Shown here one piece after another: positions 14,467 to 24,116 of a DNA stretch of 26,652 nucleotides (the first letter of the stretch is position 1; every line of letters starts with the position of its first letter). The DNA is taken from positions 1 through 26,652 of IMG/VR virus record IMGVR_UViG_3300022183_000055. One strand, 5' to 3'. A program made the translations under genes and the position numbers. The notes under the pieces are model-generated. The model worked only from the letters and a program-made list of their open reading frames with translations. It was not told the origin of the DNA and did not search any database. This DNA is from a virus (taxonomy: Duplodnaviria; Caudoviricetes).

Positions 14467-15738
14467 ATGAAACAAATTGTAATTCCTTATTCGCCAAGAC
14501 AAATCCAAAATTTTTTGCATGAAAAATGCGATAAGAACCGCTTCAATGTAGTGATTGTTCATCGTAGAGGGGGTAAGACTGTCTTTGCTATCAACCATCT
14601 CATTAGAGCTGCTCTGACAAGCACTAAACCCTATCCTAGATATGCTTTCATCTCTCCATATCGTTTGCAGGGAAAATCTACTGCATGGGATTACATGAAA
14701 CAATTTTCTGCCACAATTCCAGGAGTTAAGTTTAATGAGTCAGAATTAAGGGTGGACTTTTCTATAAACAATTCAAGAATACAAATCTTGGGTGGTGAGA
14801 ATAGTGCAGCTATTAGAGGTCAATACTTTGATGGTATAGTTTGCGATGAAACACAAAACCTTTCGCCAGACCTTTTTGATACCATTTTAAGACCATGTCT
14901 ATCGGACAGAAAAGGCTTCGCAATCTTCATAGGCACACCGATGGGAAGAAACTGGTTCTACGAATTACATGAGAAAGCTAAAACAAATAAAGATTGGTTT
15001 ACTAAAGTATTTAAAGCTAGTGAAACAAAGATCATAGCTCAAGAAGAATTAGATGCTGCTAAACAAACAATGTCGCCTGAAAGTTACGAACAAGAATTTG
15101 AATGCTCATTTCAAGCTGGAATAAGTGGTTCTTATTTTGGATCTATAATTGAGGAGCTAGAGGAGTCTGGCAATGTTAAGAACTTTGATATAGACGATAG
15201 TTTAGATGTTGAAACCTGGTGGGATTTAGGAATGAACGATAGTACAGTAATCACCTTTGCTCAACGAAGGACAAATGGCGAAATTAGAATAATTGATTGC
15301 TACGAAAATTCTGGTGAGGGATTAGAGCATTATATAAATGTCATAGATAGTAAACCTTATAACTATTCAAAGCACATAGCTCCCCATGATATTAGAGTTA
15401 GAGAAATCGGCACAAATAAATCCAGATGGGAAACCGCTAAAGAGCTAGGCTTAGAATTTGACATAGCACCCAAACTTAGTGTAGAAGATGGTATTGAGCA
15501 AGTAAGACGAATGTTACCCAAGTGTTTTTTTCATAAAAACAATTGCAATAAGCTAGTAGAAGCATTAAAATCATATTGTAAGCGGTGGGATGAAAAAAAT
15601 AATTGTTTTAGGAATAAACCCCTACACAATTGGGCATCACACTTTTGCGATTCGGTAAGGTATGGTGCTGTTACAGAACCACTACAAACAACCGATTGGG
15701 ATAAGCCAATAGAAGTAGATACAAATTATATAGTTTAA
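14467..15738 (+). CDS. terL: Terminase large subunit
   Basis: Walker A HRRGGKT, Walker B IVCDE, coupling motif GTP, nuclease WDLG and C-terminal HFCDSVRY. Confidence 0.97.
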   Translation: MKQIVIPYSPRQIQNFLHEKCDKNRFNVVIVHRRGGKTVFAINHLIRAALTSTKPYPRYAFISPYRLQGKSTAWDYMKQFSATIPGVKFNESELRVDFSINNSRIQILGGENSAAIRGQYFDGIVCDETQNLSPDLFDTILRPCLSDRKGFAIFIGTPMGRNWFYELHEKAKTNKDWFTKVFKASETKIIAQEELDAAKQTMSPESYEQEFECSFQAGISGSYFGSIIEELEESGNVKNFDIDDSLDVETWWDLGMNDSTVITFAQRRTNGEIRIIDCYENSGEGLEHYINVIDSKPYNYSKHIAPHDIRVREIGTNKSRWETAKELGLEFDIAPKLSVEDGIEQVRRMLPKCFFHKNNCNKLVEALKSYCKRWDEKNNCFRNKPLHNWASHFCDSVRYGAVTEPLQTTDWDKPIEVDTNYIV

Positions 15739-15739
15739 T

Positions 15740-17971
15740 ATGGCAAAAAAAAATAAAGAAAAATCAAACATAGAATTACAAAGTTTATTATCAAATCAAA
15801 TACAAAATGCTTTAGGTTATCTAGGTGGTCAGTTATCAGACTCTAGAACTAAATCATTAGAATATTATTTAGGTGATAAACTAGGAACAGAAATAGATGG
15901 TCGTAGTCAAGTAGTATCAACCGATGTTGCAGATACGATTGAAAGTTTATTACCAAATTTATTAAGAGTATTTACAGCATCCGATAAAGTTGTTCATTGT
16001 GAACCAATGACAGCAGAAGATGTTCCAATGGCAGCACAAGCGACAGCTTATTTAAATCATGTTTTTTATAAAGAGAATGATGGCTTCCAATTATTATATA
16101 ATTTTTTCAAAGATGCCTTAATTGAAAAAAATGGTTTCTTAAAAATTTATTGGGATGACTCTGAAAAAGTAGATTACGAAACTTATGAAAATTTATCTAT
16201 AGTTGAAAAAGAGGCTTTGCAAGATACTAAAGATGAAATAGAAATTGTAGAGGAAGAAGTATTTGAAGATGAGTCTGCCAAAGAAGAATTTGAAAAAGTA
16301 TTAGAACAATACCAAGCTCAAGGAGTAGATACATCTCAAGTTCAAGTTCCTAATTTTGATTTATATAATTGCAAAATTAAAAGAATTAAAAAAACAGGTA
16401 GAGTAAAAATTGAAAGTATTCCACCTGAAGAATTTTTAATTGATAGAAGTGCTAAAACAATTGAGGATGCAGATTTTGTTTCTCATAAAGTTTTAATGAC
16501 AAGATCAGATTTAGTTGCGATGGGTTATCCTCAAGATGAGATTGATGAACTACCAAAATCAGATTTAGATATTTACAATGATGAACAGAATGTAAGATTA
16601 ACTGATGTGGATGATTATAATATTTCATCTGCAACAGATACTACAACAGAAAAAGTTTTAGTTTATGAGTCTTATGTAAAATATGATTACGATGAAGATG
16701 GAATTGCTGAACTTAGAAAAATAGTTTCAGCTGGTTCAGATGGTAATCACATATTATCTAATATGCCTTGCGATAATGTTCCTTTCGTAACGATCACTCC
16801 TATTCCAATGCCTCATAGATTTTATGGAAGATCAATTGCAGAATTAGTAGAAGATGTTCAGTTAATGAAATCTACTGTGATGCGACAGTTGTTAGACAAT
16901 ATGTATTTAACAAATAACAACAGAGTTGCAGTTATGGATGGTATGGTAAATATGGATGATTTACTTACGACTAGACCTGGTGGAATTGTAAGAACTAAAC
17001 AACCACCGAACCAAGTAATGCAACCATTACAAGCTCAACCAATTTCACAACAAGCCTTTCCATTATTATCTTATTTAGATTCAGTTAGAGAAGGTAGAAC
17101 TGGTGTTTCAAAAGAAGCTCAAGGTTTAAGTCCTGATACACTTAATGCTAAAACAGCTACTGGTGTAAATGCTTTAATGCAACAAACTCAAATGAGATCA
17201 GAATTGATTGCTAGAGTCTTTGCAGAAACAGGTGTTAAGAGTTTATTTAAAAAAATATTTGAACTAATGGTTAAATATCAAGATAAAGAAAAAATTATTA
17301 TGATGAGTAATCAGTATATTCCAGTAAGACCTACTGAATGGAAAGATAGATTTAATATTTCAATAGTTGTTGGACTTGGAACTGGTTCTAAAGAGCAACA
17401 AACAATTATGCTAAACAGTATTTTAGAAAGACAACTACAAGCATTCCAAATACAAGGTGGAAAAGAGATGCCAATGGTTAATCTTAAAAATATGTATAAC
17501 ACTTTGACTAAGATGGTAGAGAACGCAGGTCTAAAAAATGTAGAAACTTACTTTGTAGATCCTGATGTGGGCAAACAAATGATGCCACCACCTCAACCAC
17601 CACCACTAACACCGATTGAGAAGATAGAATTTACTAGAATTGATGCTGAGAATAAGAGAAAACTTGCAGACCTAGAATTACAATCTCAAGAATTACAACA
17701 AAAAACTCAAGAAATGCAATTAGACTTTGAGGCTAAGATAAAAGAGATGGCTTTAAAATATAATACGCAACTTGATACTGCAAAAATTAAAGCAGATGCA
17801 GATTTAGATAAGATGATGGTTGCTGGAGATAACAAAATACTTGAAGAAGCGGCAAAATCTACTAATATGTTTGGCAAACAACTACAAGGAATAAATGAAA
17901 GCGAAAGACCAGGCGGACAGGGCGGTAGAAATCAGCCGATCCAACGAAGCCAAACAGATATTAGAGAGTAA
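15740..17971 (+). CDS. Portal protein (P22-like, long C-terminal helical barrel)
   Basis: 743 aa directly after terL; GRSQVVS, KDAL...GFLKIYW and PHRFYGRS motifs; Q-rich coiled C-terminus. Confidence 0.92.
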   Translation: MAKKNKEKSNIELQSLLSNQIQNALGYLGGQLSDSRTKSLEYYLGDKLGTEIDGRSQVVSTDVADTIESLLPNLLRVFTASDKVVHCEPMTAEDVPMAAQATAYLNHVFYKENDGFQLLYNFFKDALIEKNGFLKIYWDDSEKVDYETYENLSIVEKEALQDTKDEIEIVEEEVFEDESAKEEFEKVLEQYQAQGVDTSQVQVPNFDLYNCKIKRIKKTGRVKIESIPPEEFLIDRSAKTIEDADFVSHKVLMTRSDLVAMGYPQDEIDELPKSDLDIYNDEQNVRLTDVDDYNISSATDTTTEKVLVYESYVKYDYDEDGIAELRKIVSAGSDGNHILSNMPCDNVPFVTITPIPMPHRFYGRSIAELVEDVQLMKSTVMRQLLDNMYLTNNNRVAVMDGMVNMDDLLTTRPGGIVRTKQPPNQVMQPLQAQPISQQAFPLLSYLDSVREGRTGVSKEAQGLSPDTLNAKTATGVNALMQQTQMRSELIARVFAETGVKSLFKKIFELMVKYQDKEKIIMMSNQYIPVRPTEWKDRFNISIVVGLGTGSKEQQTIMLNSILERQLQAFQIQGGKEMPMVNLKNMYNTLTKMVENAGLKNVETYFVDPDVGKQMMPPPQPPPLTPIEKIEFTRIDAENKRKLADLELQSQELQQKTQEMQLDFEAKIKEMALKYNTQLDTAKIKADADLDKMMVAGDNKILEEAAKSTNMFGKQLQGINESERPGGQGGRNQPIQRSQTDIRE

Positions 17972-18191
17972 ACTTTTTCAAGAGAGTATGGAAACTCTTA
18001 AAAAAATTTATTCTGAGGCACTTTTAGAAAAAACAGGTGCTAAAGAGAGTGATACCAGAGAAAAACTTTGGATTGCTTACAATGTTGTTGGAAAAGTAGA
18101 GCAACATCTACTTACTGTTATTGAAACAGGAAAACTTGCAGCTAAACAGTTGGAAGATTTTAGAAAACAACAAGATAATACAAAATTTTAA
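17895..18191 (+). CDS. Conserved small protein between portal and scaffold
   Basis: AAGGA SD; REKLW.AY..ETGKLA; positional context. Confidence 0.8.
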   Translation: MKAKDQADRAVEISRSNEAKQILESKLFQESMETLKKIYSEALLEKTGAKESDTREKLWIAYNVVGKVEQHLLTVIETGKLAAKQLEDFRKQQDNTKF

Positions 18192-18245
18192 CCATCAAGG
18201 TTAAAATAAGTCAAGTCTAACGACAACTTAACTATGGAGGACTTA

Positions 18246-19238
18246 ATGTCTGAAACAAACCCTTTACTGAATAATGCTTCAGTACAAGGTGCAGCAAAAT
18301 CTATTGAAAGTTTAATGGACACCAAAGGTGTTATCAAAAAACCTCAAGAAGAAGTTGCACCAGTTGAACCAAAAGAAGAAGTTGAAGCGAAAGTGGAAAC
18401 TGAAACCGAAGAACAACAACAACCTGTTGCTCAACCAGAGGAAACAATGGAAGTAGCAGATGAAGAACAAGCATCACAAGATGAAAATGCAATTGAAGAA
18501 CAAGAAACCGATCTACACCAAGTTATTGTTAATGGTGAAAAGATTGATGTTGACCTTGAAGAATTAAAAGCAGGTTATCAAAAAGATGCTGACTACAGAC
18601 GAAAAACTGAGGAGATAGCGATTGAAAAAAGAGAGCTAAAATCTGAAGAAGATCGTCTTAAAAATCAGTATTCAACTAAGATGGATGATTTAAATTCATT
18701 AGTAGTTACCTTAAATGCTGAGATTAACAATGATATGAATTCTAAAGAGCTTGATGCTCTTTGGGATGAAGATCCAACTGAAGCTGCTAGAGTTGATCGT
18801 AAGATACAAAAACGAAAACAATCAATTCAACAAGCACAGCAAAAACTGAGAGAACATCAAGAATCTCAGTTTCAGGAAATATTAAAAAATGAACAAAAAA
18901 AACTTCATTTAAAACATCCTGAAATTGCTGACCCTATCAAGGGTTCTACAGTTAAAAATAATATTATGAGTTATTTAAATTCTAAAGGCTTCACAAATGA
19001 TGATGTTTCAAGAATTTATGATTCAAGATATTTTGATGTGATAATGGATGGCATGAAAGCTAATGCGACTAAACCCAATTTAGTAAGTAAAAAAGTCAAG
19101 CCAAATGCAGTTGTTAAATCAGGAGTTAAAGCTACTAAAGAAGATTTGAATAATCAGTCTAGGTTGAAGAAGATGAATGCGTTGAAGAAAAGCGGAAGTG
19201 CAAAAGATGCTACCGATTTACTGATGCGTTATCTATAA
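18246..19238 (+). CDS. Capsid scaffolding protein
   Basis: Acidic N-terminus, V.VNGE..V.LEEL..GYQ..ADY.RKT and coiled coil; directly before the capsid gene. GGAGG supports ATG 18246. Confidence 0.85.
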   Translation: MSETNPLLNNASVQGAAKSIESLMDTKGVIKKPQEEVAPVEPKEEVEAKVETETEEQQQPVAQPEETMEVADEEQASQDENAIEEQETDLHQVIVNGEKIDVDLEELKAGYQKDADYRRKTEEIAIEKRELKSEEDRLKNQYSTKMDDLNSLVVTLNAEINNDMNSKELDALWDEDPTEAARVDRKIQKRKQSIQQAQQKLREHQESQFQEILKNEQKKLHLKHPEIADPIKGSTVKNNIMSYLNSKGFTNDDVSRIYDSRYFDVIMDGMKANATKPNLVSKKVKPNAVVKSGVKATKEDLNNQSRLKKMNALKKSGSAKDATDLLMRYL

Positions 19239-19262
19239 ACAATAACCTAACGGAGAAAACAA

Positions 19263-20213
19263 ATGGCTAAATACCAAACATATACGACTATAGGTATAAG
19301 AGAAGATCTAGCGGACATAATTTATTCAATTAGTCCAACAGAAACACCTTTTATGTCTGGAGTTGCAAAAACAAAAGCAACTAATACTTTACACCAATGG
19401 CAAACAGATGCACTAGCTGATGTTGCTGCAAATGCTGCTGTTGAAGGTGCTGATATTTCTTATGGAACTATGTCACCAACTGTATTAGAAAATAACCACA
19501 CTCAAATTTCTACTAAAGGAATTCAAGTTACTGCAACTAACGAAGCTGTAACTTCTGCTGGAAGAAATAATGAGATGGCTTACCAAGTAGCTAAAGCTGC
19601 AAAAGAATTAAAAAGAGATATGGAAACAGCTCTTTTATCTAATGTTGCTAAATCTGCTGGTAGTGCAACAGCTGCAAGAAAACTAGGTGGATGTCCAACT
19701 TGGTACGAAACTAATGTTGATGCAGGTGCTGGTGGTTCTGGTGCTGGTAATGGTGCTATAAGAACAGATGGAACTCAAAGAGCTTTTACTGAAGATCAGT
19801 TAAAAGGTATTTTAGTTAGCTGTTACAATGAAGGCGGAAACCCTAACATGATTATGGTAAATGCTTTCAATAAACAGAAACTATCTGGCTTTACAGGCGG
19901 TTCTACTAGATTTGATGCTGCGGAAGATAGAAGATTAATTACTTCTATTGATGTGTACGAATCTGACTTTGGAACTATGCAAGTATCACCAAACAGATTT
20001 ATCAGAGGTGCTAATGGTACTGCTGCTAAAATCGGTCAAGATGCTCACATTCTAGATATGGAATACTGGGCAGTTTCTTTCTTAAGAGATTTCTCTCTAC
20101 AAACACCAGCTCAGACTGCAGACGCAGATCAGAGATTTATGGTTGCTGAGTACACTCTTGAGTCAAGAAATGAAAAAGCAAGTGGTTTAATCACAGATTT
20201 AACTACTTCATAA
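19263..20213 (+). CDS. Major capsid protein (DUF5309/SU10-like)
   Basis: REDLADII..ISPTETPF, HQWQTD, N.TQI, ELKRDME and YESDFG motifs. Confidence 0.92.
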   Translation: MAKYQTYTTIGIREDLADIIYSISPTETPFMSGVAKTKATNTLHQWQTDALADVAANAAVEGADISYGTMSPTVLENNHTQISTKGIQVTATNEAVTSAGRNNEMAYQVAKAAKELKRDMETALLSNVAKSAGSATAARKLGGCPTWYETNVDAGAGGSGAGNGAIRTDGTQRAFTEDQLKGILVSCYNEGGNPNMIMVNAFNKQKLSGFTGGSTRFDAAEDRRLITSIDVYESDFGTMQVSPNRFIRGANGTAAKIGQDAHILDMEYWAVSFLRDFSLQTPAQTADADQRFMVAEYTLESRNEKASGLITDLTTS

Positions 20214-20223
20214 TAAATCTAAA

Positions 20224-20249
20224 GTGGTGGGGGAATTATCCCCCATCAT
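20224..20249 (+). terminator. GC-rich hairpin after the capsid gene (terminator or stabiliser; no U-tract)
   Basis: GTGGTGGGGGA-atta-TCCCCCATCAT. Confidence 0.55.
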
Positions 20250-20316
20250 TCAATTAACAATTTTGTTTGGTCTTTGAAGTCAATGACGGAACGAAGCAAA
20301 TAAATAGGATAAAAAA

Positions 20317-20658
20317 ATGAGAACATTAAACGATTACTTTTTAACATCTGCAATTCCAGATGTTTCAACAGCTTCATCAACTTTTGTTTGTGTACCTGAT
20401 GGTGGAAAAATTGTAAAAATCATCACTCACAACAAAGCAACTACAACTGGCACAGCAGCTATCTCTTTTGAAATAGGTGGTGTTGCAGTAACTGGAGGTG
20501 CTATAAGTCATGTAGCTTCAGGTTCAGCTGGTAAAGTAGCAACTGCTTTTCCAACAGCTTTAAATACTGTTGCTGAAGATGGTACTATTGAATGTATTAC
20601 TAATGGTGGTTCATCAAATACTTCTAAAATGGAAATTACTTTCGTAATTAGAAGATAA
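20317..20658 (+). CDS. Probable minor capsid/decoration protein
   Basis: A/T/G/S-rich beta protein directly after the major capsid gene. Confidence 0.6.
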   Translation: MRTLNDYFLTSAIPDVSTASSTFVCVPDGGKIVKIITHNKATTTGTAAISFEIGGVAVTGGAISHVASGSAGKVATAFPTALNTVAEDGTIECITNGGSSNTSKMEITFVIRR

Positions 20659-20675
20659 TAGTATATAACAATATT

Positions 20676-20706
20676 TGGGGGATCTTGCCTAGCGGTATTT
20701 CCCCCA
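20676..20706 (+). terminator. Intergenic hairpin
   Basis: Stem TGGGGGA (20676-20682) / TCCCCCA (20700-20706). Confidence 0.45.
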
Positions 20707-20726
20707 TAATTAATTAGGAGAAAAAT

Positions 20727-21011
20727 ATGAGTTTTAATTACGGATTAAGACCTACTACACATCAAGGTAAAACAAGTGGTGGAACATCAGCACAATCTGC
20801 TGCATTTGGATCACAAACTGAATATGTAAGAATAGCATCAACTGCTGATATTTATATTTTATTCGGTGCAAACCCAACTGCTGTTGCAACTGCTAATTCA
20901 TCAACTATTTTTATACCTGCTGACCAACCTGAAATTTTTAAAGTTTCACCTGGTGAGAAAGTAGCTTTTATTGGTACTGCTGAAGTTTCTATTACTGAAA
21001 TGAGTGCTTAG
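20727..21011 (+). CDS. Probable virion structural protein
   Basis: AGGAG SD; small beta-rich protein in the head module. Confidence 0.7.
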   Translation: MSFNYGLRPTTHQGKTSGGTSAQSAAFGSQTEYVRIASTADIYILFGANPTAVATANSSTIFIPADQPEIFKVSPGEKVAFIGTAEVSITEMSA

Positions 21012-21145
21012 TGGCTAGACAAAAGTTTGTTCACTTTGTTCCAAGAGATCAACCTAAAAAAAGACCTGGTTGTCATAAAAAATCTCAAAACAAATCAGAG
21101 AGCAGACAAAAAAAGCAAACAAGATACAAAGGTCAAGGTAGATGA
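21011..21145 (+). CDS. Small basic protein ending YKGQGR (44 aa, GTG start)
   Basis: MARQKFVHFVPRDQPKKRPGCHKKSQNKSESRQKKQTRYKGQGR*; TAGTG and ATGA coupling. Confidence 0.7.
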   Translation: MARQKFVHFVPRDQPKKRPGCHKKSQNKSESRQKKQTRYKGQGR

Positions 21146-21474
21146 GAAAAGATATAAGTATTGATGGTTTAAAAAAAGAAACATTTTCTATAGACGAAAT
21201 GGAAAAGAAAATTGTTTTAAATGAAGAAGTAAATATAGATCCTCATTTACAACATAATAAAAGATTATTTAATTTAAATGATGGATATTCTAAATCCAGA
21301 GATTTAAAAAGAGTAGCTTCTATTCCAACTTTAGCTTTATCTGTTTGGGCGAATGAGTATAATGGAGATAGTAATTGGTTCGCACTTCCTAAAGAAGTTC
21401 AAACAAAAATATTAAAAACAAAATTAAATAGTAATGAGTTTAAATATTTTAAAACAGCAGAAGGTAAAATATAA
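21142..21474 (+). CDS. Conserved hypothetical phage protein
   Basis: VASIP..W..KLNS.EF..F.T motif. Confidence 0.8.
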   Translation: MRKDISIDGLKKETFSIDEMEKKIVLNEEVNIDPHLQHNKRLFNLNDGYSKSRDLKRVASIPTLALSVWANEYNGDSNWFALPKEVQTKILKTKLNSNEFKYFKTAEGKI

Positions 21475-22151
21475 TGGCACTTGCAACATATTCAGATTTA
21501 AAAACATCAATAGCAAACTGGTTAAACAGATCAGATTTAACAACTGAGATTGCAGAAGATTTTATAGTTTTAGCAGAAGCTGATTTTAATTCTAAATTAA
21601 GAATTAGAAAAATGAATACCTCAACTTCTATTACAATAGATTCAGAAACAGAATCTGTGCCTACAGATTTTTTACAAGTAAGAGATTTTTTTATAACATC
21701 AGGCGGAACTAAGTATGCTTTAAAATATATTACTCCAGCTCAAATGGATCAAATTAGAGGTTCATCTACAACTGGTATGCCTTCAGCATATACTATACTT
21801 GGTGATAATTTTAGATTTGCACCAATTCCAGATTCTGCATACACAGGAACATTAAATTATTATGCTAAGTTTGCAGCTTTATCAGATACCAATACTTCTA
21901 ATTATATATTAGCAAGTCATCCTGCAATTTATTTATATGGTTCATTATATCATGCTGCTAATTTTTTAGGTGGTGTTGATCCTCAAAGACTTCAACAATG
22001 GCAAGGAATGTACACAACTGCTTTAGAAAGACTTGAGAGAAACGATAGAGAAGATCAATATGGTAATGCACCTTTACAACAAAGAGGTGATGTAACTGTT
22101 GCAGGTTCATTTAATGATGTATCTAAATTTGTAACAAACAATAACCAATAG
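21474..22151 (+). CDS. Head-tail adaptor protein
   Basis: TYSDLK..IA.WL.R.DL, FI.LAE, P.DFL, P.PD..Y and YLYGSL motifs; position. Confidence 0.75.
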   Translation: MALATYSDLKTSIANWLNRSDLTTEIAEDFIVLAEADFNSKLRIRKMNTSTSITIDSETESVPTDFLQVRDFFITSGGTKYALKYITPAQMDQIRGSSTTGMPSAYTILGDNFRFAPIPDSAYTGTLNYYAKFAALSDTNTSNYILASHPAIYLYGSLYHAANFLGGVDPQRLQQWQGMYTTALERLERNDREDQYGNAPLQQRGDVTVAGSFNDVSKFVTNNNQ

Positions 22152-22158
22152 GAGAATA

Positions 22159-23970
22159 ATGCAAATACCTTTTGGAGAATGGCTACCTGACCAACCAGAA
22201 TATAATAATCCTGGTGCAAACACAGCTAACAATGTTTATTTCGCAGCATCATCATATAAAAGATTCCCCTCATTAGTAAATTATTCAAGTAACAACATAA
22301 CTAAAGATAGTAGAGGTGCAGGTTCTTTTAGAGATAATTCTAATACTGTATTTAATTTTGTTGCTAATGAAGAAACTATTTATCAATTATCATCTGGAAC
22401 ATTTACAGAAAGAGGAGCAAGAGGTAAAGTTTTAAGTACAGCTTTTGCGACTTGTACAATTACAGTTTCAGACTATGCAAATATTGGTGCAAGTAAAACT
22501 ATTACATTAAAAAAAAATGATGGTACAACTGTTGTCTTTACATCTGTTACTGGAACACCTTCTACTAATGAATTTCAAGTACAAACAAACAACGACACTA
22601 CTGCTACAAATTTAAAAAATACTATTAATGGTCATGCAGATTTTTCAGCAACAGTAACAGATGCAGTTGTTACTGTTACAAGAGCCACAGTTGGAAATAA
22701 TAATTTAACAAATGTTTCGTCTGATACTGCAAGACTAACTACTACAAATTTTTATGGTGGAACTCCTTTAACTGGAGAAGCTACCGATTACATTACCTTT
22801 ACCCAATTTGGAAATTATATAGTTGTATCTAATGGTGTAGATGCACCACAATTTTATTTAATGGGAACTTCATCTTCTTTTGCAGACCTTTCAACTATTT
22901 CAACATCTGGTACTGTACCAACTTTTAAATGTTCAGGTGTAGTTAGAGATTTTTTTGTAACAGGTAATCATGTTGGTTTTTCAAATAGAATACAATGGTC
23001 AGGAATAAATGATTTAACAACTTGGCAACCAGGTACTAAACAATCAGACTTGCAAGACCTACCAGGATCAGGTGGACAAATAACTCATATAACCTCTGGT
23101 GAAATTGCTTATGTCTTTAGACAAAATCAAATAATTAGAATGGACTATGTTGGCGGTGCAACAGTATTCCGTCTATCAGTTATATCACCAAACAGAGGAG
23201 CTGTTTATGGAAGAACTGTCTGTCAAGATAATCGTAGAGTTTTCTTTTATGCGGATGATGGATTTTATGAATTAAATGGAGATCAAGTAGTTTCTATTGG
23301 TGCAGAAAAAGTAAATAGATTTTTTGATTTAGATTTAAACAAAGCATACACAGATAGAATTTGTGCAGCGGTAGATCCTTTTAATCAATTAGCTATGTGG
23401 TTATATCCATCTAAAAATGATACATCTAATACTACTGGTATTTGTGATAAAGTAATTATTTATAATTATGCTACTCAAAAATGGAGTACAGCAGATGCTA
23501 GTGCTAGTTCTATATTCTCACAATTCGTTGGTGCTTATACTGTAGAATTAATGGATATTATTTCTGAAAACTTAGATAATATTAATATTGCATTAGATAC
23601 TGATTTTTGGAATGGTGGACAAAGATATTTGGGTGCAATAGATAATAATTATAAAGCAGCTATATTTTCAGGTACTGAAAATGAAGGTACTATAGAAACT
23701 AGAGAAATGGAGTTGTTTCCAGGACATAGAAGTAGTATAACCAATGTCAGACCGATTGTGGATGCTACATCTACAGTAACTATCAAAAGTAAAGAACGAT
23801 TAGCTGATACAGCTACCGAATCTACATCTTCAACAATGGTTACAAGTGGAGATAATCCAGTAAGACAGTCTGGTAGATATTTTAAAATTAAAGTAATAAC
23901 ACCATCTGGATCAGTTTGGACTCATGCTCAAGGTGTTGATATAATTGCTTCAAGAATAGGTTTGAGATGA
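22159..23970 (+). CDS. Tail nozzle / head-closure protein (P22 gp10-like)
   Basis: IPFGEWLPDQP start; beta-propeller-like (FTQFG, RIQWS, VFFY..DGFY); follows the adaptor. Confidence 0.7.
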   Translation: MQIPFGEWLPDQPEYNNPGANTANNVYFAASSYKRFPSLVNYSSNNITKDSRGAGSFRDNSNTVFNFVANEETIYQLSSGTFTERGARGKVLSTAFATCTITVSDYANIGASKTITLKKNDGTTVVFTSVTGTPSTNEFQVQTNNDTTATNLKNTINGHADFSATVTDAVVTVTRATVGNNNLTNVSSDTARLTTTNFYGGTPLTGEATDYITFTQFGNYIVVSNGVDAPQFYLMGTSSSFADLSTISTSGTVPTFKCSGVVRDFFVTGNHVGFSNRIQWSGINDLTTWQPGTKQSDLQDLPGSGGQITHITSGEIAYVFRQNQIIRMDYVGGATVFRLSVISPNRGAVYGRTVCQDNRRVFFYADDGFYELNGDQVVSIGAEKVNRFFDLDLNKAYTDRICAAVDPFNQLAMWLYPSKNDTSNTTGICDKVIIYNYATQKWSTADASASSIFSQFVGAYTVELMDIISENLDNINIALDTDFWNGGQRYLGAIDNNYKAAIFSGTENEGTIETREMELFPGHRSSITNVRPIVDATSTVTIKSKERLADTATESTSSTMVTSGDNPVRQSGRYFKIKVITPSGSVWTHAQGVDIIASRIGLR

Positions 23971-24116
23971 CGGAAAAAACTGATATAGATAATGTTAGAT
24001 ATAGTTTTGAAACTCAAGAGTTTTTTCAAAGACAAATTGAAGAAGCTATCAATACATTAATAAATGATCGTAATAAAGAAAGCGACAAGGCTTTCTCATG
24101 GTTTATAGGAGATTAA
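23967..24116 (+). CDS. Small virion-module protein (49 aa)
   Basis: MTEKTDIDNVRYSFETQEFFQRQIEEAINTLINDRNKESDKAFSWFIGD*; ATGA coupling. Confidence 0.7.
   Translation: MTEKTDIDNVRYSFETQEFFQRQIEEAINTLINDRNKESDKAFSWFIGD

Noticed and set aside
17895-17971. 77-nt overlap of the portal 3' end with the next gene as a frameshift signal
   Set aside because: The next gene has its own SD and ATG; no slippery site recognised.
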